From: a virus
Virus record (IMG/VR): IMGVR_UViG_3300032401_000002
Location: 86,168 to 150,167 of that record
Length of the DNA: 64,000 nt
Direction: 5' to 3' (one strand)
Within the stretch, counting starts at the first letter, position 1. Each line of letters opens with the position of its first letter. Made by a program: the position numbers and the translations under genes. Positions 56,930-64,000 of the stretch are shown piece after piece. The notes beneath the pieces are model-generated. The model saw only the letters and a program-made list of their open reading frames with translations. It did not search any database and had not been told where the DNA came from.

Positions 56930-57139
56930 TCAACCCTCTTGTAGGGTAGGATTGAGAACTTCAGCCATCTGGGCCTGAAGCTCGACCAACTTCTTGCACG
57001 CTGCCTCGGTGTGACCCGGCAGAGTGACGCATGTGCCGCAATAGCGACAACATCCGATGCAGTTGCACACATGCGCAGGCTGAGCCGGGCCATAGCTCCC
57101 GGCTCCTCCATACGACGCTTGTTCTCCGTACCCGCTCAT
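56930..57139 (-). CDS. Small Cys-rich protein
   Basis: ATGA-coupled. Confidence 0.45.
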   Translation of the reverse strand: MSGYGEQASYGGAGSYGPAQPAHVCNCIGCCRYCGTCVTLPGHTEAACKKLVELQAQMAEVLNPTLQEG

Positions 57140-57594
57140 CTGACCTTCTCGTACCGCAGGGCGAGCTTGATGACGCGATCAGCGTACGCTAGCCCGATGG
57201 TTGAGTCAGGCTTGCCCGACACCCAGATGCTGAGACCGCTCACGAGGAACGGAGACGGCTTGGGCTTGAGGGGTGTGCCTGTCTTGAGTGCTAGCACGAT
57301 GCCAGCGTACTCGGGCTTCCTGAGGGTCTTGTTGGTTGCGTGTAGACCACTCAGATAGGTCGGGTAGTTCTGCACGCCCGATCCAGTGGCGGGGTTGAGA
57401 ACGTTGAAGTTCTTACTACCCAGCACCTTGGTTGTGGTGTTCAACCAGTTGTATTTCGCGGACGGCTTGACATCGCCTCTCGGCCCGCCGTTGCCACCCT
57501 CCCATGCCCACCACGACATGAGTAGATCCCTGTTCTGCTGCGTGCGCGGAGCACCAAGCAGAACCAATAGGTTCGGAATCCAGTAAACGCTCAT
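57136..57594 (-). CDS. Lysozyme-fold peptidoglycan hydrolase-like protein
   Basis: W...EGG...YNWLNTT...GVQNYPT...GL.AT..TL....Y..I..AL; ATG 57594 overlaps the upstream stop. Confidence 0.65.
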   Translation of the reverse strand: MSVYWIPNLLVLLGAPRTQQNRDLLMSWWAWEGGNGGPRGDVKPSAKYNWLNTTTKVLGSKNFNVLNPATGSGVQNYPTYLSGLHATNKTLRKPEYAGIVLALKTGTPLKPKPSPFLVSGLSIWVSGKPDSTIGLAYADRVIKLALRYEKVR

Positions 57595-58049
57595 CCGGTC
57601 AATCCCTTCTTCTTGCTGTAGTCCTTCAGTACCTCGTACGAGCACCAACCAGCGTTCCACGAGCCATCAGTCGAGTTGACCTGGTAGCACTGCTGCTTGA
57701 TGAGCTTGCCTTGCTGGCGGACGATGTAGCCCATGACGGCCTTCTTGTCCTTGGCGTTAAGCGCGTCCACGTCAGACTTGGGCTGCTCGGCACCATCGGC
57801 CAACCTGTAATACACACTCTCAGGCCCAGCCTTGCCAGCCGACTTGAACACGGCAGGCAGAGCACTAACGTCATCCTTGGCAACGAGGGGTGCCGATGCG
57901 ACTTGCGCCTCCAGCGAGCGGATGTGCTTGGCCTGGTGTCGTGCATTGATGATGCTGATCGTCCCGTACAACATGTAGCCCACGATGGCAACGATGACTA
58001 GACCGCTTACGATCCAGATCGGGACTTCGCTTTCTCCTTGTCTAGCCAT
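57591..58049 (-). CDS. Membrane-anchored protein
   Basis: N-terminal TM helix; late motif 6 nt upstream. Confidence 0.6.
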   Translation of the reverse strand: MARQGESEVPIWIVSGLVIVAIVGYMLYGTISIINARHQAKHIRSLEAQVASAPLVAKDDVSALPAVFKSAGKAGPESVYYRLADGAEQPKSDVDALNAKDKKAVMGYIVRQQGKLIKQQCYQVNSTDGSWNAGWCSYEVLKDYSKKKGLTG

Positions 58050-58073
58050 GGGTACCTTATCGGTCTGTGAGTC

Positions 58074-61000
58074 CTAGGACTTGACCCATGCTCCATTGAC
58101 ATACGAGAACGACGCTGTCTGGCTTGCAACCTCGACGGGCTTGTCGATCTCGCCGCCCCATGCGTCGAAGTTCTGATCGTCCTTGTCGTACTCCACCAAC
58201 GTGACGTACATAGCCAGAGGATCGACGCCTGCCTGCACGAGGTACTCGTTGTTCTGGTCGTTCTCGTACCTGTCGGGGTTCATCTCGAACCCAGCCTGAT
58301 CTGCGATAGCTTCGTAGATCACTGTAGCCATCCAGTAGCGGTCAGAGTTGTAGCCTTCGTTCTCGGCTTCTGAGTCTTGCTCGAACGTAGCGTAGTATTG
58401 AGCGTTGGATCGGTCAGTCGTCCACAGTCCACGAGTGAACTGGTCAGCCAACTGGGCCGGGTCTTCCAGCACGTTCCATGGTGCTACTCGGGATGCTCCT
58501 CGATACACTGTCGTGGCGCTAGCCGTCTTGACAGAGCCTTGAGCGAACTGCTTGTCCCAGTCTTCAGGCGATGTATCCCAGCCATCATCCATGTCCATGT
58601 CGGCTTGTTCGGCGATGCTGTCGGGATCATGGCCCTTGGTGAGCGGCATACCAACGGCAGCTTCAAGCCTCTCGATGTGCTCGGGTGTGACATTGGGTCG
58701 CATCCAGATCGCATGCGTGTTGCCCTGAATGGCACCATCAAGGAACTGACCAGGGTACTTGAATGGATGCTGGTTGTACCAGTCCAGGATAGGAGCTTCT
58801 AGGTGGCGGTGGAAGTGACCAGGCGTTCCCATGTGCAGGATGTCATTGCCTCGGTCGTACTTGTAAGGCGTGCGGTTCTCCCACATGTCGAAGTCCTGGC
58901 CCATCTCGCCCTCGAAGTTCACTCGGTTGCTGGGAGTGTGGTCAACGATGTGGGTTGCCGTCCTCACGCGGGCAGCCTTCCAGCCTTCTTCTGCGTCATC
59001 CTGCTTGTCGAGTCGGTTCCACTCCATGCGGTTGGTGAGGGAGTCATCTTGATGGTCTTCATCGTCGTACTCGAAGTCGTCAGTGTCGATCCAGGGCTGG
59101 CGCTCCATCCAGTCTTCAAGAGCATCGCGCTCCCTGTCGTAGTATTCGTCCTCGTCATCGTCTTCACCCGGCCCACTCCACTCGGGGTGATCCTTGTAGA
59201 AGTCGTCCATGTACTCGCCGTCTTCGTCCATGATGCGGAAGTTGCCGTGCTCGATCTTGGACGGGTGGATCGGCCCGTAGTGCATTACGGGGTACCCATA
59301 CTCCTCGCTCAAGAACTTGGCTGTCTCTTCCCTCAAGTCGTTGGGCATTTGGCGCAATACGTTGACCGAGTGCTGGTGATGTCCACCACGCTCGTACCCG
59401 TACGCCTGCGCTCCTCCCAGGTCATCCTGGTCGTACCCAGGGTTCTCCTTCTCGTACGCATCGATGTGAGGCTGGATGCGATCAACGAGATCACTCTGCG
59501 TCGAAGACTCGCCATCCCTGTGCCACTCGGCAGCTTCCTGCTGCTCGGGGTAACGTCCCATGTATTGGTCGTAGAAGTGCTCGTGGTCTGGGCCGAGGTT
59601 GTTCTTGTCGATCCCCTTGACGCGCAGGATGCGAGGGTCAGTCCAATGGCCCTGCATGCGCTGGTACTGAAGGGCCTTCTGTGCGTTGGGCCACAGATAC
59701 ACAGCGTTCTCTTCGATAGGTAGGTTCCACTTGCGCTCGGTGCCTTGCTCTGATCCCACCAACCCCTGCTTGGCGATATCGGGGATGCGGTCGGCCTCGG
59801 TGACGTGGTACCAAGTGTTGTCGTCGTAGGGCATGGAGATTGCGGTCATAGCCAGCTTGAGTTCGGGCTTAGCCAAGCTCACGAGATCTTCGGCCCTGCG
59901 GTTCTCGATGTCAGAGTCATGGGGATACCACTGGACGTGGTACGTTCCATCGTCGTACCAGTTGTAGCCCTCGACATGGCCCGTCATGCCTTCACGTCCT
60001 GACCCAGGTGCGCCGGTAACAGCTTCGCCCTTGACGAAGGACTGCTGGCCACCACCTTCAAGCACGACGGGGTTGAATGCTGCCGTGTGCTCAGCCAACG
60101 TGATAGCGGGATCGATGCCTGCCTCGATCATGTCACGCTGGACTGACTTGCGGTGCTCGTTCATGTCACCCAATGCATATCCCTTGTAGGGTAGGATCTG
60201 ACCTTCAGCGATCTCGCCCGTGATGCCTGAGTACGGTAGGCGCTTGCGGATCGAGTCATGGTGCTTGCCCTGCTCGCCGAACTGGGTCTTGTCTACCTCG
60301 GGATAGTGGATGTACGGGATGCGGTTCTGCCAGTAAGCGTTCATGCGGTCGGTGCGGAGTGGCTGCTCCTTCTGCTCATTCAAGATCTCCTCCCACAAGT
60401 CAGTGCGCCCTGCGTGCTTGGCCGTCTTGCTCACCCACCCGTGCAGTGCGTTCTCAGTGTGATTGATGCCTGCCTGCTGCGCCCACTGTCGAACCATCTC
60501 GGTGTGCTCGGGCAGGGGTGCCTTGTTGCGTGGGCCAAGCACCTGGCCCAGGTTGCCCGTACCATCTGGCTCGTGCCACACGCCATCCTCGTACGTCTTC
60601 CAGATGCCTCGCCCCACCTGGAAGGATGCGAGAGGTAGGTTGGCGGGGTCACGCAGCGAGTAGTGCTCTGAGCCATTGATCGGGATGTGCTCGCCATCCT
60701 TGAAGATCGACCCATTCTGCTGCCAACAGTTGCGCATCATCACGCCTTCACGGTTCTTGTCTGCCATCGTCTTGAGTTGGCGAATCGTGTGACCATCTGG
60801 GAACTGATGCACGATCTCTGACTGATCAGGGCCTTGCGTTAGGTCGATCTCGTCGTTGGCACGCAGTCGCTGGTTGTACGTCTCGCCCGCTAGCTTGGTC
60901 TGAGCGTTGCGGTAGTAGTCGTTGCCTGCTTCGCCCCATGGCATGGTGTCGGGCCACTGCGTCTTGGCCATCTCTTCCACCGTGTTGTCTGATGGGATAA

Positions 61001-63995
61001 CCTCGTCGTTGCGTCCGATCTCGTACTCTGTTCGGCATCGAGGACATGTGGCCCCGCCTTCGAACAAGATCTCTAGCTGGCTGCCACACAACGGACACTC
61101 GGGGTACACATCACGATCTCCAACAGTGTCGAAGTTCCAGTCGGTTGAGTGTCCTGCCGTGGATAGCTTACCCTGAATTGCGATCCGAGATGGATCAATG
61201 TGGTCTAAGGTAGCCGCTGTCTGCGTCCACGAAATCGCTTCGTCAACGATTGTGGGATCACTTACAAGATCGTGCAGAGACACAGCGCCCTCATCCGACT
61301 CGATATACCCTGGGCCTTCCTCCCACCAAATCTCATCACCGTCGATTTGTCCACCTGTATCCACCAGACTCGGCAAGTCGGCCATGAGCTTCAGGCCATT
61401 GACGTTGACCTGGAGGATGGTGTAGTCTAGACGATTGAACGCCTGATTCTCCTTGGCCAACTCCCACGGCGAATATGCTAGGTAGACGGGTCGTCCACCA
61501 TAGAAGGCGTCAGCCCACGTACCAGCGTCCGTGAAGCCACCTTCTGCGCCTGGGGTCAAGCCCTGCTGCATGATGGTGGCAACGTTCTTGGTCTCGGTCA
61601 CATGATACATGGTCTCACCTTGTGCCATCTTCAACAGCTTGGTCACGACAGGATTGGGTGCTGGGATGGGCCTTGGGTTCTGAGCTTCAGCGTTGTAGTA
61701 GTCTGATTCGGTGTTGGGCTTGCCGAGGGGCTGGCCAACCACCGGCATCTGGAAGTGAGGCAAGCGCTCGATCTGCTCGTACCAGTTGGGGCCATGGACG
61801 TAGCCTGAGCCTTCGCCGTTGCCTCGATCCTGCACCCACTGTTGCCTACCAGCGAATGTGTTCTCGGGGTACTGATGACCACCAGGGATGTGGGGGTAGT
61901 TCAAGTTGTTGTGGTTCAAGTCGTTGCCAGGTGCGTTGTGTACCGGCAGCGTGGTCTCCAACGCAGTCTTTTCGTATGTCGCCACCCAGTCAAGCAGGTT
62001 GTCCACTCGGACGAACTGTTGCTCTCCTTGATCGAAGAGGGCCTGCTGCGGGTCGGCTGAGTCCTGCTGCTTGCGGCCAGCCTTCCATAACTGGATGCGG
62101 TCGTCCAACAATTCGAGGAGAGCTTGACCTTCTCGTCCATGTACTTGCATGAGATGGTGGGCCGTGGTGTACAACACTTGGGCTAGATGTCGAGCGTCCA
62201 CGCCTTTGTTGGCTGCTGTGATGGCTTGGTCGATGATCGGCTCGATGGCTTCGTTGTTGTTGTGCCCGGCGTTGTAGTTCTGATACCCCTGGATGTGGTT
62301 CGGCGTCTGGTACATCCAGACACTAGGGTTGCCGTTGGCGTCGTGCTCGACCTCGCCTTCTTCGTCTGTATGTGCCCACGGGTCACGATCCATCACGGCT
62401 TCGTGGTAGTCCTGCGCTCCCGCTAGCGTGTTGGGGTAGACCGTCTGGGCAGGATGGTAGTCAACGTCGGGGTCGTTGTACCAGGCTTCTTCGTCAAAGC
62501 CTTCGCCTACGTCGTACCCTGCTTTGTCCAAGTGCTCGTACCACTCATCGACCATAGCCTTGTACTCGGGCTTGATGTTGCCGTTCGACTTGCCCTGCTC
62601 TTGTACGACCTTGAACTCCTTGTCGTCGTAGATGGTGCGGTCGCCATTGGCTATGGGGCCAGAAGCCATGGGGTTAACATCGCCTTCAACTTCGATGGTG
62701 ACATGCGGATGGCCCTTGGGGTCACGGAGTGAGAAGATGGTTGAGTTGCCGTTGCTCACAGTGTCGCAGTACCCACCAACGCAGTGACCCATCAGTTCGC
62801 CCTCTAGCGCTAGATCCTTGGGGCCGACTTTGTCGATGTGCCAACCATCATCGAACGTGTGGACAACTGTTGAGTCAACCCACCCGCCGCCGTTCTCTTC
62901 GCGGTGCTGCTTGTCCATGTCGTAGACCCACTGCTCAAGCTGGGCGAAGTCGAACTGCTTGTTCATGTAGTCTGGGAGTGGCTTGTTGTGCTCGTTGGCC
63001 CAGACCATCCACTTGGTGGCTTGGTCGAGGATGTCCTCAGCGTGTCGTCGGTTGTTCTTGGTGATGCCTGGTCGATCTTCGCGCTGGCCAGGATACGCCT
63101 CGATGAAGTTGGGGTCGATGGGCTTGAGTCCACGCTTGTACTCCCTAACTGCCCACGGCATCAGCTTGAAGCCCTCGTCCGGGATGCCGTCGAGGATGAT
63201 CTTCAAGCGCTTCCAGTCAGTCATGATGGCGTTGCCACCATCTGAGTAGTCGTACGGCCCAGCGTTGTTGGGCGGTGGCATCTTGGTCGGGCCACCTTCA
63301 TCAGTGTTCTTCAGCTTGAGGATGTCCTCGCGGTTCAATAGCTGCTCTCGTGTCTTGGTTGCCAATGCTGACACGTCCGCTGCTAGTCGTGGCCAGAAGC
63401 CCCGCATAACACGTCGCTTGTGATGTGTTAAGCGCTGATTGGCTAGATAATCCATCACATGTGATGTCTTATGGTCACCCATCATCTCGACGTGCTGAGC
63501 ATACGACTCAGGGTCGTGCTTCTGTGCCCACTCTCTGCCAGCGTCTGACTGGTTGTCCCAATCGTGCTCGGGGTTGTGGCCCTGATCTCGAAGGTGATTG
63601 AACATGGCATCAGCCACACCACGCCGACGCCATCGAGGGTTGACCTCGACCTGCGTGACCAGGCCATCGGAGTCGATGAACATGTGCCCAACTTCTGAGT
63701 TGCTGAATCCAGTGAAGGCGTAAGCCTCGATCAGTGTTGACCCCTCGCCATCTTGATCGCTTGTGACCTCGAACGTCAGTTGAGGCAGATCACCACGCTG
63801 ACCCATGCCCAGCTTTGTAGACAAACTATGAGGAGTTGTCGAAACTGCACCCCCCTTTGACTTTGCAGTGTTACGAGCTTCCTTCTTGGCTGCGATCAAC
63901 TCACCATCAGTCCACTGCTGTGCCAACTCCAACGTGAACGTGCCACCGTTGGCCTCGACCGCCTTAGCGATCTCCTTGTGCTCAAGCTCGGCCAA
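58074..63995 (-). CDS. Giant polyvalent protein (GNAT, 2x PcfJ-like, 3x ADP-ribosyltransferase-like, SH3, Zn ribbon); N-terminus probably beyond the window
   Basis: VEVNPRWRRRGVA; EGELMGHCVGGY; MYHVT..NV.TIMQQGL; WYHVT......I.KQGL; VYRG...GLWTT....A..YA; frame open to the window edge. Confidence 0.8.
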   Translation of the reverse strand: MAELEHKEIAKAVEANGGTFTLELAQQWTDGELIAAKKEARNTAKSKGGAVSTTPHSLSTKLGMGQRGDLPQLTFEVTSDQDGEGSTLIEAYAFTGFSNSEVGHMFIDSDGLVTQVEVNPRWRRRGVADAMFNHLRDQGHNPEHDWDNQSDAGREWAQKHDPESYAQHVEMMGDHKTSHVMDYLANQRLTHHKRRVMRGFWPRLAADVSALATKTREQLLNREDILKLKNTDEGGPTKMPPPNNAGPYDYSDGGNAIMTDWKRLKIILDGIPDEGFKLMPWAVREYKRGLKPIDPNFIEAYPGQREDRPGITKNNRRHAEDILDQATKWMVWANEHNKPLPDYMNKQFDFAQLEQWVYDMDKQHREENGGGWVDSTVVHTFDDGWHIDKVGPKDLALEGELMGHCVGGYCDTVSNGNSTIFSLRDPKGHPHVTIEVEGDVNPMASGPIANGDRTIYDDKEFKVVQEQGKSNGNIKPEYKAMVDEWYEHLDKAGYDVGEGFDEEAWYNDPDVDYHPAQTVYPNTLAGAQDYHEAVMDRDPWAHTDEEGEVEHDANGNPSVWMYQTPNHIQGYQNYNAGHNNNEAIEPIIDQAITAANKGVDARHLAQVLYTTAHHLMQVHGREGQALLELLDDRIQLWKAGRKQQDSADPQQALFDQGEQQFVRVDNLLDWVATYEKTALETTLPVHNAPGNDLNHNNLNYPHIPGGHQYPENTFAGRQQWVQDRGNGEGSGYVHGPNWYEQIERLPHFQMPVVGQPLGKPNTESDYYNAEAQNPRPIPAPNPVVTKLLKMAQGETMYHVTETKNVATIMQQGLTPGAEGGFTDAGTWADAFYGGRPVYLAYSPWELAKENQAFNRLDYTILQVNVNGLKLMADLPSLVDTGGQIDGDEIWWEEGPGYIESDEGAVSLHDLVSDPTIVDEAISWTQTAATLDHIDPSRIAIQGKLSTAGHSTDWNFDTVGDRDVYPECPLCGSQLEILFEGGATCPRCRTEYEIGRNDEVIPSDNTVEEMAKTQWPDTMPWGEAGNDYYRNAQTKLAGETYNQRLRANDEIDLTQGPDQSEIVHQFPDGHTIRQLKTMADKNREGVMMRNCWQQNGSIFKDGEHIPINGSEHYSLRDPANLPLASFQVGRGIWKTYEDGVWHEPDGTGNLGQVLGPRNKAPLPEHTEMVRQWAQQAGINHTENALHGWVSKTAKHAGRTDLWEEILNEQKEQPLRTDRMNAYWQNRIPYIHYPEVDKTQFGEQGKHHDSIRKRLPYSGITGEIAEGQILPYKGYALGDMNEHRKSVQRDMIEAGIDPAITLAEHTAAFNPVVLEGGGQQSFVKGEAVTGAPGSGREGMTGHVEGYNWYDDGTYHVQWYPHDSDIENRRAEDLVSLAKPELKLAMTAISMPYDDNTWYHVTEADRIPDIAKQGLVGSEQGTERKWNLPIEENAVYLWPNAQKALQYQRMQGHWTDPRILRVKGIDKNNLGPDHEHFYDQYMGRYPEQQEAAEWHRDGESSTQSDLVDRIQPHIDAYEKENPGYDQDDLGGAQAYGYERGGHHQHSVNVLRQMPNDLREETAKFLSEEYGYPVMHYGPIHPSKIEHGNFRIMDEDGEYMDDFYKDHPEWSGPGEDDDEDEYYDRERDALEDWMERQPWIDTDDFEYDDEDHQDDSLTNRMEWNRLDKQDDAEEGWKAARVRTATHIVDHTPSNRVNFEGEMGQDFDMWENRTPYKYDRGNDILHMGTPGHFHRHLEAPILDWYNQHPFKYPGQFLDGAIQGNTHAIWMRPNVTPEHIERLEAAVGMPLTKGHDPDSIAEQADMDMDDGWDTSPEDWDKQFAQGSVKTASATTVYRGASRVAPWNVLEDPAQLADQFTRGLWTTDRSNAQYYATFEQDSEAENEGYNSDRYWMATVIYEAIADQAGFEMNPDRYENDQNNEYLVQAGVDPLAMYVTLVEYDKDDQNFDAWGGEIDKPVEVASQTASFSYVNGAWVKS

Positions 63996-64000
63996 CCCGT

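Larger units (their letters stand above)
1091..58063 (-). promoter_or_regulatory. Dispersed putative late-promoter motif C[AC][CG]nTAA[GA], 17 copies
   Basis: Copies at 1091, 3753, 7791, 17731, 22806, 23073, 24334, 24940, 25799, 30228, 32351, 34389, 43862, 45770, 52422, 56916 and 58056, all just upstream of minus-strand genes. Confidence 0.65.

Noticed and set aside
1-64000. Stop-codon recoding, DGR or retron systems, integrase or IS elements, tRNA genes
   Set aside because: Known genes are intact in the standard code; no reverse transcriptase, transposase, integrase or cloverleaf was recognised by eye

Overview
This is a 64-kb segment of a large, GC-rich myovirus genome. The major capsid and capsid-decoration proteins resemble Bxz1-like actinophages, and the Rpf gene and apparently leaderless promoters point to an actinobacterial host. 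The minus strand carries the late virion module: tail chaperones with a likely -1 frameshift, tube, sheath, neck, major capsid protein, prohead protease/scaffold, fibre proteins and endolysin. Plus-strand accessory islands interrupt it and encode NAD salvage (NMNAT-Nudix + NAMPT), a secreted Rpf, a PII/SAM-lyase-like protein, a kinase, a CheY-like receiver and HNH/GIY-YIG nucleases. The main candidate for a new system is a set of six large modular late proteins (606-1973 aa), plus the prohead protease itself. In these, unrelated domains (ADP-ribosyltransferase-like, GNAT, PcfJ-like, Acb1-like 2H phosphoesterase, HhH DNA glycosylase, PD-(D/E)XK nuclease, PEP-utiliser phospho-His, SH3, Zn ribbons and a recurrent unnamed His domain) are separated by short [K/R]-x-[A/S] motifs. 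I infer head-packaged polyproteins that the phage maturation protease cuts into an injected effector cocktail. Other observations: a 17-copy C[AC][CG]nTAA[GA] putative late-promoter motif, a highly base-paired ~170-nt RNA candidate, four ~10.5-bp-periodic DNA elements, a membrane PAS protein, and a 20-aa repeat fibre system. All assignments come from motif recognition by eye; no database searches were run.
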